A DNA stretch of 64,000 bases from Pirellulales bacterium (GTDB lineage Bacteria > Planctomycetota > Planctomycetia > Pirellulales > S012-138), in contig JALCBR010000007.1 in NCBI GenBank assembly GCA_028066245.1, positions 6,748 through 70,747 on the forward strand, written 5' to 3'. Within the stretch, counting starts at the first letter, position 1, and every line of letters begins with the position of its first letter. A program made the position numbers and the translations under genes. The notes beneath the pieces were generated by a model that saw only the letters and a list, made by a program, of their open reading frames with translations, did no database searches and was not told where the DNA came from. Positions 49,017 through 58,403 of the stretch are shown here, one piece after another.

Positions 49017-51476
49017 TTACCGGGACTCAGCCTCGGCTTGAGAGGTCGAATCTTGTTCTTTGTCAGAAGCGTCAGAAGTCGTGGAGTTCAGTTTCTGGCC
49101 ATCTTTCTCAAAGAGTTGGCCCGTGAGCATCAAGTAACGCACACCAAAGAAAATGGCAACCAGCATGCTGGCCACGGATCCGACGTAGGCGAAGATGTTG
49201 TGGCTCGTGTGGGAGAACCACAGCAAAATCAGAGAGCCAGCCAACGCCGCAACAGCGAGGATCAGCTTGAGTTGGACCGAGTTGATCTTTTGTTTGCGAC
49301 TATGCGTCGCCAACGCACCGCGAGTGCTCATGTTTGCCAAGTCACGCATTGCCGCCAAGGAGGAGGGCTCCATGGGGACTGGACGTGTGCGAGAGCGAGT
49401 CGGTTGCGATTCTGGATGCTGTTCCGCATCAGGCGAATCGGTCGCGTCTGTCTCGACCGGTTCGGTCAGACCGATTGACACTGGCTCGACGACGGTTTCA
49501 CTTTGTTGAACTGTCGTCGGTTGAACACCGGTAGGCCCACCTTGCACACGGTTCATCAATTGAGCCATGTAGTCCTCAATGGATGTTTCACCTTCCTCTT
49601 CAACTTGCGGTTCGGCTGTCACTTGGGTTTGAGCTTGTGTCGCTTCCGCGCCGACGTTGTCATCGTAGTTTGTCGCCGAGATTGGATCCGTCTCGAACTG
49701 TGGGTTGTCTGAGGATGACGTGACATCGACAGAACGCGGCACCTCCGGTTCTTCCTTCGCGTCATCTTCCGCCGGGGCGTACTTGCTGAGGATTTCGTCG
49801 AGCGATGTCAAGCTTTGTTCTTGATCATCCTGGTACGGATCACACTGCTCGTCGGCTTGGAAATCCGGTTGAAATTCAGCAGTGTCATCTTCCCGATTGG
49901 TTTCTGGATCGGCCGGCGGAACCTCGAAGGTTAATTCACCATCGGTCGAACCGACGTCGAAAACTCCGTCGGCGTTGCTGAGGTTTTCTACCGACTCGCT
50001 TGCAGTCACCAATGGTTCGGATGATTGCTCACTCTCAATGGGTTCTTCCGCCTGATCCACCTCTGGCTGGATGAACTGCGGTTCAAACGGCGCAATTCCG
50101 GAGTCACTCACAGTTTCATCAGGCTCGGCGAAAGCTGGAAGGGAATCCGTAACGTCTGAGCTAGGGAAAGAGTCGGTCGGCGATTCGCTCACACCAGTGT
50201 CATCTGCGGGGAGGTCGGTCACTTCCTTCTGTTCAATGTTAGATGAGCGATCGTCTTCGTAGTGCGAATCGTCGTCGGCGCTCTTCTCAGTAATGCGTCT
50301 CTCGAAATAGAACTTGTCCATTGCCATTTTGCTACGCAACTCATCCAGTGATGCCTGGACGGCGCTCATTGTCCGTGACGTCTCATCTTGGCGGTTGACC
50401 AGCGTATCCAACCTTTGTGTCAGCTCATTGAATTGCGGATTGTTATGCTGCTGTAGGCCAGCCATTTGTTCCGCCAAACTTTCAAGCTGTTCTCGAGCAA
50501 TGTGGTCCTCGCCATCACGCTTCTTCAGATGATCAAGTTCCTGCTGCAGGCGGGATTGCTCTTCGCGTGTGTGATTGAGTTCAGCTTCGAATTGTTCAAC
50601 TGAACCATTGCTCTTCGAGAATTGGTCAGCGGCTTTGGCGAGCCAGTTCTCGATTTGCTGGTGCAGTTTCGCGGCTTGCTGGCTGAGTTCGGCGCGCGCT
50701 TTTTGAACTCCATCCGCGATGTGGACTTGGGATTCCTGCAACTGGCCTTGCTTGCGTTGTTGCTCTTCCCATTGCTGGTGCAGTTGCTCAACTCGTTGTG
50801 AGATTTCAGTTTGCGCCTGCCGGAAGTGTGTTTCAGAGCCGGCAAGTTCTCGAAAACGTTCAGCCGCCGCGGCGGAGATTCGGGAAAGTTCTGATTCAAC
50901 GTATCCCAGGCGTTGGTCTGCCGATTGGCCCCGCTCAATCTGGTCGTGGATGGTTGATTGCACCGCTTGCAAGCGCTCGGCGCTCGTCCGCTCCTCGGAT
51001 TCCACGTTGTCCACAAGCTGCTGCAAGTGGTCAAACCTTTGTTCGATGACCTGACATGAATGCTGGAATTGCGCCTCAAGTTCCCTCCAGTTCCCGCCGT
51101 CGCTGTTACTCTTCCCGTTCTCTTCAAATTGCTGATTTTCACTGAGGAAGATAATTTGCGACTCGCCAACGCTGAGCAGATCGCCGGGCTGCAGTTCCGC
51201 CTCTGTCAGTGGGGTTCCATTGAGCGAGAATCCCTCTTCAAGGCTGCGGATGATTGTGCGGGACTGGCCAAAGATGATCAGTGCATGCATTCTCGCCACG
51301 GTCGCATCAAGGAGCCGTAGGTTGCAGTCTGGGTCACTGCCGATGCTGATCCGCGAGCCCTTCAACTGCAATGTCTGAGGGGCTTCCGCGCGCTGGAGCA
51401 GCAGGAAATTCTGGTGATTGTCGCTGAGGTTTTCGCCCTTCTCAGGCGAAACCGTGTCGAGAGTTGTACCCACCAT
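49017..51476 (-). CDS. FHA-domain protein with a coiled coil, an acidic region and C-terminal TM helices
   Basis: 819 aa. The N-terminal FHA pattern is GSRISIGSDPDCNLRL..VARMHALI......NGT.L....L..GD...VG. A ~300-aa Q/E/L-rich coiled coil follows, then a ~300-aa D/E/S/T/P-rich region and two C-terminal hydrophobic helices. Confidence 0.8.
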   Translation of the reverse strand: MVGTTLDTVSPEKGENLSDNHQNFLLLQRAEAPQTLQLKGSRISIGSDPDCNLRLLDATVARMHALIIFGQSRTIIRSLEEGFSLNGTPLTEAELQPGDLLSVGESQIIFLSENQQFEENGKSNSDGGNWRELEAQFQHSCQVIEQRFDHLQQLVDNVESEERTSAERLQAVQSTIHDQIERGQSADQRLGYVESELSRISAAAAERFRELAGSETHFRQAQTEISQRVEQLHQQWEEQQRKQGQLQESQVHIADGVQKARAELSQQAAKLHQQIENWLAKAADQFSKSNGSVEQFEAELNHTREEQSRLQQELDHLKKRDGEDHIAREQLESLAEQMAGLQQHNNPQFNELTQRLDTLVNRQDETSRTMSAVQASLDELRSKMAMDKFYFERRITEKSADDDSHYEDDRSSNIEQKEVTDLPADDTGVSESPTDSFPSSDVTDSLPAFAEPDETVSDSGIAPFEPQFIQPEVDQAEEPIESEQSSEPLVTASESVENLSNADGVFDVGSTDGELTFEVPPADPETNREDDTAEFQPDFQADEQCDPYQDDQEQSLTSLDEILSKYAPAEDDAKEEPEVPRSVDVTSSSDNPQFETDPISATNYDDNVGAEATQAQTQVTAEPQVEEEGETSIEDYMAQLMNRVQGGPTGVQPTTVQQSETVVEPVSIGLTEPVETDATDSPDAEQHPESQPTRSRTRPVPMEPSSLAAMRDLANMSTRGALATHSRKQKINSVQLKLILAVAALAGSLILLWFSHTSHNIFAYVGSVASMLVAIFFGVRYLMLTGQLFEKDGQKLNSTTSDASDKEQDSTSQAEAESR

Positions 51477-52078
51477 GAGTCGATCTGAACTTAGGAGATT
51501 ATTAGGAGGCTGGGCGTCGCCATTTTCAAATGTGGTTCACGGCAACGCGCCACAAAGCTTGCGCAAATCTTCGTCAGGCATATAGCTTGCGTCTTTTCCT
51601 CCATCAACTGGACACCAACGGCACGCGACACGTTGAAGCGATTTCCAGAAATGAACTGCATATCCTTGACGGTTATGCCGATTATCCGAAAGCAAATCAG
51701 CTTGCCTGGAATCGGACGTTTGCAGCGTTGCAAAGCACCAAGTGTCCGTGCGCGTTCACGGGAGTTTTTTCCCGCAGCGAGCCGGCAGACAGGCGAACTC
51801 GTAACTCCATAATTCCAAGATGTTTGCGTTGGGGAGGTTCCCCGTGCAGGCGCGGCGAAGTCAAGATTTGGCCGGGACGGAACTCTCCACCGACCTGGAC
51901 GTACTATAGTTGGGTTGTCGATTTCTCCGACCGCGCCGTGCGTGACGGTTGGATGTCGGTATCGGACGGGACGAAGCAGACGTGCTTTCCGATGGTTGGC
52001 CTGACGAATCGAAATTGAATAGACACAGACGGAATTGGCCCGCGGGCAATGACCAATCGGAACTCCGGGGTTTGCACC

Positions 52079-52525
52079 ATGGCACGAAAAGACTCCATCA
52101 ACAGTATGAAGGAAATCCTGATCAAGCGTCGCGACGCTTTGCGTAAAGTGTTGGCTGACGACTTGGGAAACTTGACGTCCGGCAAGGGCCAGACTTCTGG
52201 TGACATTGCGGACGCGGCGCTGGATTCCTCAGAAAATGAAATCAGTTCGCAGCTCGCTGAAGTGGAAAGCCGGGAACTGGCCAGCATCGAACATGCGCTC
52301 GAGCGGATTCGCGCCGGTGAATTTGGCGTCTGTGAGCGCTGCTCGCGTGCCATCCCCATGGCACGGCTCAACGCGCTGCCCTATGCCACGTTGTGCATCG
52401 AGTGCCAACGCGAGGCCGAGGCCGCCGGAGAAGAAGTCGGTATGAATACCGACTGGAGCCGGCTGTTGGATGAAACAGACGATAGCGACGTTTCCATTAA
52501 CGACATCGAAATGGATGTCTCGTAA
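52079..52525 (+). CDS. DksA/TraR-family C4 zinc-finger protein
   Basis: 148 aa from the ATG at 52079. It has a coiled-coil N-terminus and the C4 finger CERCSRAIPMARLNALPYATLCIECQ. Confidence 0.8.
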   Translation: MARKDSINSMKEILIKRRDALRKVLADDLGNLTSGKGQTSGDIADAALDSSENEISSQLAEVESRELASIEHALERIRAGEFGVCERCSRAIPMARLNALPYATLCIECQREAEAAGEEVGMNTDWSRLLDETDDSDVSINDIEMDVS

Positions 52526-52747
52526 CTGGACTCAAGCAATTTCGGCCGCGTTGGCGAGCCTGCCGCGCGGCCGATTTTGCGCGCGGATTGATCCCACGAT
52601 GGTGCTCGGTCCTGCCACCGGTCAACAGGACTGCAAGCAGCCATGGCAGGCGGATCAAAACGCAATCGGAAGCCAACTCCATCGCGGCGGGCTTCATGGA
52701 TGCATTACCAGAAGAGTAATGCCGGAATGTGAGAGAAGGGATTCATC

Positions 52748-53908
52748 ATGATCATGCGTCGCCGAACTTGGTTGCTTTCAGGCCTCATGGCGTTGGGCGT
52801 ATTACTGGGAGCGTCTCTGGATGACTTGTTCACTCCGGCAGTGGCTCAATCCGGTTCGGAATCGGATGATCGACAAACAGCGTTGGCCAATCTAGCCGGC
52901 GAGGTTGCCTACTTGGAGCGCCAAGGCAACATCTTGAAATCGGTCGTCCGGCTGGCCAGTCCGTCCATCGTCCATATTGAAGCGCGCAAAATGACCGGCG
53001 GCGCCCGGCCCAGAATGATTGAAGAAGCCGGCAGCGGCATCATCATCGCTGAAGGCGGTGCACACTACGTTCTGACCAACAGGCATGTCATCCGCGACGC
53101 GGCGCGCGAACGCATCACGATCCGATTGCATGACAGCCGTGAAGTGGTGCCCACGCGCGTCTGGTCGGATCCGGAAACGGATATCGCGGTGCTAGCCATT
53201 GCCGCGCCGCGCGTCATTCCAGCTCAGATTGGAGACAGCAGCGGCGTAGATATCGGCGAGTTCGTTTTGGCTGTTGGCAGTCCGTTTGGACTTAGCCGTA
53301 GCGTCACGTTTGGAATCATCAGCGCCAAAGGGCGCCGGGATCTGGAATTGGGCGGTGACGAAATCCGCTATCAAGACTTCTTGCAGACTGACGCGGCAAT
53401 TAATCCCGGAAATAGCGGTGGACCGCTGTTGAACTTGCGCTGTGAAGTCATCGGCATGAATACGGCGATTGCCTCCAGTTCCGGAGGCAGCGAAGGAATC
53501 GGATTCACAATTCCCATCAACATGGCCATGGTCATTGCTCGTCAGTTGATTGAGCATGGATATGTTGCTCGGGCGTTCCTTGGGGTTAATCTTGATTCCG
53601 AATTCTCAGCTTCCATGGCGGAACAAATGGGACTGCCAAGATTGATGGGAACGCGCGTCACGGCAATCACGCCGGAATCACCTGCTGCTGCTGCCGACCT
53701 CCAGGTTGGCGATATCATCCTCAGTTACGACGGTACGCCGGTTGAGGATGACGTGCATCTCGTGAATTTGGTCAGCTTGACGCGAATCAACAAGGAAGTT
53801 CGCCTTGTCGTCTTTCGTGATGGACAAGAACGAGAAGTTCGCGTGAGCGTGGGCGACCGCGCCGCATTCAATGATCGACAGCCGGCGCGCCCGGTCCAAC
53901 ATCCATAA
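52748..53908 (+). CDS. htrA: HtrA/DegP-family serine protease with a PDZ domain
   Basis: The product has a signal/anchor sequence. The S1C triad contexts are TNRHVI (His), DIAVL (Asp) and GNSGGPLLN (Ser). A single C-terminal PDZ-like domain is present (GDIILSYDGTPVED). Confidence 0.9.
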   Translation: MIMRRRTWLLSGLMALGVLLGASLDDLFTPAVAQSGSESDDRQTALANLAGEVAYLERQGNILKSVVRLASPSIVHIEARKMTGGARPRMIEEAGSGIIIAEGGAHYVLTNRHVIRDAARERITIRLHDSREVVPTRVWSDPETDIAVLAIAAPRVIPAQIGDSSGVDIGEFVLAVGSPFGLSRSVTFGIISAKGRRDLELGGDEIRYQDFLQTDAAINPGNSGGPLLNLRCEVIGMNTAIASSSGGSEGIGFTIPINMAMVIARQLIEHGYVARAFLGVNLDSEFSASMAEQMGLPRLMGTRVTAITPESPAAAADLQVGDIILSYDGTPVEDDVHLVNLVSLTRINKEVRLVVFRDGQEREVRVSVGDRAAFNDRQPARPVQHP

Positions 53909-54126
53909 GTTGAAGAACGCTAGCGCTAGAACGCTTTTCTTGTTGATGACCTGCCACTAACCTGGGCTTCGCGGGATGACGTGACAGCGTTCGTTGGCCC
54001 AGCGCAACAGCAATCGGATAGCCCGGTCCGGTCCTGTTCGGAAGCAAGGATCGATGGTCGTCTCTTGTTTCACCTGGCCAACCTTCTTCGAATAACAAGC
54101 CACCTCGATCTGTGGATCGGCAGCGT

Positions 54127-54396
54127 GAATTGCTGCCGCGTTTCCCGCGCACCATGATCTCAGGCGTACGGTCAAAATTGACATTGGTCAAATTTTTCCA
54201 TCCTCCAGGGGGGTGGCGCAAACGCGTCATGCCCAGCAATTAACCAGCAACGGGACCGCAAACATCACCGACAATCCTGACGTTAAGTTCAGTAGCATGC
54301 CTACCGTTAACCCCCTATGGCGCTCGGCAGCGCGCCTGGCGGCGCGAAACACCCCTCAAATTTGACCAATGTCAATTTCGCCCGTACGCGTGAGAG
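54127..54396 (+). repeat. interspersed ~270-bp repeat with terminal inverted repeats, copy 2
   Basis: It has the same orientation and architecture as 31043-31312. The left arm is CTCAGGCGTACGGTCAAAATTGACATTGGTCAAAT (about 54159-54193) and the right arm is ATTTGACCAATGTCAATTTCGCCCGTACGCGTGAGAG (54360-54396). The core GGTGGCGCAAACGCGTCATGCCCAGCAATTAACCAGCAACGGGACCGCAAACATCACCG is nearly identical between copies. Confidence 0.85.
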
Positions 54397-54420
54397 TACG
54401 AGTGCCATGCCCGGGCCCAT

Positions 54421-55578
54421 TCATGACTGCGCGATCAACTTTTCGATCGCATTGATCACAATCGCACTGGCGTGCTCCCACGAGTATCGCCTCGTGACCA
54501 TCGCGCGATTTTCTGGAGCAAGCCCAGGCGTTTCTCGCTTTCGTCGCAAGATGTCAACCACTGCTGCCGCCAATCCCTCGGTGTCGTCACGCACCTCCAA
54601 CTGGCACGAGGCAATCTCATTGTTGCTGAGTCCCAAGCCTGCCACGCCCTTCGTGCTGGCGACGACAGGCGTTTCCATGGCCATCGCTTCCAGGAGTTTG
54701 TTCTGAATTCCACCTGCTACACGCAGCGGCGCCACAAAGACAGTGGCTCGCTCGTGGTAAGGGCGAATGTCCGGGACGAATCCGGTCACGGTAATCGTCG
54801 GTGCGTTATGAAAAGCCTTCAATTCTGGGGGCGGATCGCGCCCGGCCAAGACAAGTTGAGCTCTGGGCGCTGACTTCTGCACGAGCGGAAAAATCTCGCG
54901 CGCAAGATAGATCGCAGCATCAACGTTGGGCTGGTAGCTGAACGCGCCGGCGAACAAAATCACATCAGGGTCTGGGAGACTTTGTGATCGTCGCCAAAAC
55001 TCAGCATCCACCCCGTTAGGCAAAACATTGTAAGGCGTGGGGATGCCTCCAAGAACGCGCTCTGCATCTCGGGGTGCTGCAAAGAACGCGTGATCAGCCA
55101 GGCGAGCCAAACGACGTTCGTAGCGTCGGGTGCGATAAGCCCGAACTCGCCAGCGCAGCGAATCCGGAAACCTCTCAAGTCGCGCTTTTTCCAGGGCTTT
55201 AAACCATTCCGCGTCGCAGAAATCGACCAGCAATGGCCCTGTATCAACGGGCATGCAAGCAAGTGGCAGTCCAGACATCGAGCAGACCACTTCTGCCGCA
55301 TGTTCCCGGCAGGCCGAATCGAGCTCGTCTCGTAGCCGCAATTTGGCTGACTCCCGTGTGTTTTTGATATCGGACTCTAGGCCGCGCGAGCACACGTACA
55401 ATACTTCGCCAGCGATCGCGTTTAACGCAGCTTGAGTTTCCTCGTCAGCTGACTCAGGGCTGACGCAAATCAGCTTCACGCAAGCTCGTGACTTGAGTTG
55501 CCGGATCAAGTGATATTGACGCAGCCTGCCACTGGTGAGCGGGAACGGAAATCTAAGCGTGATATAGGCTAACTTCAT
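54421..55578 (-). CDS. glycosyltransferase family 4 (GT-B)
   Basis: 385 aa. The C-terminal GT4 pattern is ILFAGAFSYQPNVDA...LVLAGRDP...V.VTGFV.D..PY......FVAPLR.AGGIQNKLLEAMAMETPVVAS (EX7E). Confidence 0.85.
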   Translation of the reverse strand: MKLAYITLRFPFPLTSGRLRQYHLIRQLKSRACVKLICVSPESADEETQAALNAIAGEVLYVCSRGLESDIKNTRESAKLRLRDELDSACREHAAEVVCSMSGLPLACMPVDTGPLLVDFCDAEWFKALEKARLERFPDSLRWRVRAYRTRRYERRLARLADHAFFAAPRDAERVLGGIPTPYNVLPNGVDAEFWRRSQSLPDPDVILFAGAFSYQPNVDAAIYLAREIFPLVQKSAPRAQLVLAGRDPPPELKAFHNAPTITVTGFVPDIRPYHERATVFVAPLRVAGGIQNKLLEAMAMETPVVASTKGVAGLGLSNNEIASCQLEVRDDTEGLAAAVVDILRRKRETPGLAPENRAMVTRRYSWEHASAIVINAIEKLIAQS

Positions 55579-55629
55579 GCTCGGGCTGTTAGTCAGTGTC
55601 GTTGCGATGCAATCGGGCGAAGCGAGTAC

Positions 55630-56943
55630 TCATTCATTGCTTGGGCTGCACGTCGTCTTCTCTTCAACGCAAGGTGTTTGCACCGCCGCCGGATTCAACT
55701 CTTGCCGGAAAGGAATTTGCAAATCGAATGCTTCGTCAGCAACTTTCGCTAAGAAGGAAAGGTAGCGGTTGACGGAATACTCCTGCCGTGCATGTGATTG
55801 TGCTCTTTCGCCGTGAGAGGTGCGTAGCGCATCGTCTTTGAAGTATTTCTCGATTGCCTGAAAGAGTTCAGCTTCATCGACAACACAACAACCGGTGCCC
55901 TCGGGGATGACATCTTCGGCCGCCGTCATGGCTGTGGGTGGGTTGTGTTTCAGTCCGATGCAAGGCAAACCCATGTGCATTGCTTCCGCATACACAAGGC
56001 CAAAGGATTCAATCGCGCTGAGTAAGACGAACAGGTCTGCTGCCGCGTAGTACGGCATCATGTCCGCCTGGTGTCCAACAAGATGAACTCGGTCTTGAAT
56101 TCCCAACTCTGCCGCCAATGCCTCTAACGATTCGCGTTCCCGCCCATCACCAACGATCAAGCAATATGCTTGATGGCTGTCAGCCAGCTTGGCCAACGCT
56201 CGCAAAGTCAAGTCGATATTCTTCCACTTGGTCAAACGGCCGACCGACAGAATGACCCTCGCGTTTGCCGGAATCCCCAACTCTTGCCGAACATCACGTG
56301 TGGGGATGGCAGGATCGAACGTTTCCCCATCAACGGGCAGCGGACATACGTGAAAGAAATCAGCAGGCAAGTTGAAAGCCTGTTGTCGTTGAGAGGCCAC
56401 CAGCCGCGTTGAGACGATATGCTGCCAGCGCCGTCCACGGTACGACTGCTTTTCCCAGTAGTGTCGTCCTGCGGCATTGGCAGCCACCAGGAACCTGGAC
56501 ATCCGCCGCGATTCATGAACAAGTTCTTGTCCGGCGATAATCGCACCGGTGTGCGTAATGAGCGGGATTTCTGGGTACTTGCGCCGGAAGGCCAGAGCTT
56601 CTGCTGTGTTCCGCACATAGCACAAGTCAAAGTCAGCGAAGTCACAGGAGCTCAGACCACGACACGTCTGATCAACAGCCAGAACATCGCCAAACCGCCA
56701 CAGAAACCGACGCACAGGCGCCTGATGGTAGCGAATGACATCAACGGTCGGATCAAGCCAACCATCCTCAAGTTCATAAGCGGCTACAGTGACATGGGCA
56801 TCCGTCGAACGGGCAAGACCATTGGCGATGTCCACGGTGGCATGTGCCGTTCCCGCGCGTTGGCGAGTCAGCGTTGTGGAAAGCACCAGAATCTTCAAGT
56901 CGTCCGACTCCATGATTGATGGTTCTCGGGCGCGACGAGGCAC
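55630..56943 (-). CDS. glycosyltransferase family 4 (GT-B)
   Basis: 437-aa ORF with a GTG start, or 427 aa from the ATG at 56913. The GT4 pattern is ILSVGRLTKWKNIDL...LIVGDG......L......L.....V.L.G.......YY..ADLFVL.S..ESFGLVYAEAMHMGLPCI. Confidence 0.85.
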   Translation of the reverse strand: MPRRAREPSIMESDDLKILVLSTTLTRQRAGTAHATVDIANGLARSTDAHVTVAAYELEDGWLDPTVDVIRYHQAPVRRFLWRFGDVLAVDQTCRGLSSCDFADFDLCYVRNTAEALAFRRKYPEIPLITHTGAIIAGQELVHESRRMSRFLVAANAAGRHYWEKQSYRGRRWQHIVSTRLVASQRQQAFNLPADFFHVCPLPVDGETFDPAIPTRDVRQELGIPANARVILSVGRLTKWKNIDLTLRALAKLADSHQAYCLIVGDGRERESLEALAAELGIQDRVHLVGHQADMMPYYAAADLFVLLSAIESFGLVYAEAMHMGLPCIGLKHNPPTAMTAAEDVIPEGTGCCVVDEAELFQAIEKYFKDDALRTSHGERAQSHARQEYSVNRYLSFLAKVADEAFDLQIPFRQELNPAAVQTPCVEEKTTCSPSNE

Positions 56944-56954
56944 AGAACGTTCAC

Positions 56955-58169
56955 TTACTTCTCTTCTCGGTTTCTCTTCTCTATGGCTGCCTCCAATGCC
57001 CGTTGGTAGACATCAACCGTCCGTTTTGCAACCGTCTTCCAATCGAACTCAATCAAGGCCTTGTGTCGGGCTCGCTCAGACATGGTTCGCCGCATCTCGC
57101 TGTCATTCACCATTCGCGCTAACGCTGCTGCCAGGGCGGGAGGATTCCCATGCTCGACAAGCAAACCATCCTCTTTGTCTGTGATTAGGTCAGGAATGCC
57201 ACCGACCCTTGTCCCGACCAACGGAACTCCTGTCGCCATAGCTTCCAGACCAGCGATGCTCGTCGCTTCTTTCAAGGAGGGCAGCACGGACAAGTCCGCC
57301 GCTGCGAAAAACTCCGGTATCTCATCGTTGGGGATTCTTCCCAGCAAAATCGCCCTGCGACCCAGCCGGGTCTGCGACAGCGCATCAAGCGTCTCATCCT
57401 GGTAGCTATCTCGTGTTTCTGCACGGTTCCCAGCAATCATAACAATCAGTCTGCTCAGATAGGCCGGTGGGACGAGCTGTTCCACGAACCGCAGCGAATG
57501 TGCAAAATCGATGACGCCATTTTTGGCCACGATTCGCCGTGCGCATAGTAGCACAATTGCGTCCTCGGCGATTCCCAACTTGTTGCGGACAGATTTTCGT
57601 GCCGCAGCGTTCGGTTTAAATCGTTGACTGTCAACGCCGTTTGGGATGTAAGTCACGCGTTCAGCTGGAACTCCCAGGTCGATGGTCGCTTGTGCCAACT
57701 CAGAACTCGGCGCAATGACAGCGTCAAACACGCTGAGTTGTTGTTCCCAACACTCAATCCGTCCGCGCCCCACATCCTGCAGAAACATGGATGTGTGATT
57801 GGTAAAGACGCTTGCCTGGCATCCCGTCATCCACCAAGGTTGATGCCAATGGCAGTGAGACACCACCGGCATGTCGCTCGGACCGCCGGCGGCTAGGAAC
57901 TTCTTGACCGCCGCGCGGTAAGTCGCGCCGAAATAGCGAGTAAAAATTGGTAGCCGTCTTGGCAGGCGAAGTACTGGAGGCGGACCTGGCTCCATGTGGA
58001 ATTTCAAGACGAACCGCGCGTCGCCGGCAGGCTTGGCCGTGACGACACCCGCAGAGATGCCTTGCTCGACAACCGCCGATGTCAACTCATAGACATGAGA
58101 GGCCACTCCGCCGATATTGGGGAAGTAGTCATCGCTGTGGACGGCAACGCGGAAACTCTCCGCAGGCAT
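56955..58169 (-). CDS. glycosyltransferase family 4 (GT-B)
   Basis: 404 aa. The N-terminal block is YFPNIGGVASHVYELTSA. The C-terminal block is LLCARRIV.KNG........GRIP.DEIPEFFAAADLSVLPSLKEATSIAGLEAMATGVPLVGTRVGGIPD. Confidence 0.85.
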   Translation of the reverse strand: MPAESFRVAVHSDDYFPNIGGVASHVYELTSAVVEQGISAGVVTAKPAGDARFVLKFHMEPGPPPVLRLPRRLPIFTRYFGATYRAAVKKFLAAGGPSDMPVVSHCHWHQPWWMTGCQASVFTNHTSMFLQDVGRGRIECWEQQLSVFDAVIAPSSELAQATIDLGVPAERVTYIPNGVDSQRFKPNAAARKSVRNKLGIAEDAIVLLCARRIVAKNGVIDFAHSLRFVEQLVPPAYLSRLIVMIAGNRAETRDSYQDETLDALSQTRLGRRAILLGRIPNDEIPEFFAAADLSVLPSLKEATSIAGLEAMATGVPLVGTRVGGIPDLITDKEDGLLVEHGNPPALAAALARMVNDSEMRRTMSERARHKALIEFDWKTVAKRTVDVYQRALEAAIEKRNREEK

Positions 58170-58403
58170 TGAAGGCAGACCCCAAATTCAACCCACACAG
58201 TACCTCCATGATGACCTTGGTGGCGATTGGCATCATTGCATCCCCACCTGAGACAATAGACTAACCCCACACCAAGTTCAATTGTACAAACGGCTAATCT
58301 GGCGTACGGGGGTGGCTACGCCTAGATCTTGGCTGAATCCGCTTTACAAGTTCCGATCGGTCGGTTGACACTGACTGCGTCTGTGTTCATATCCGGGATC
58401 GAA

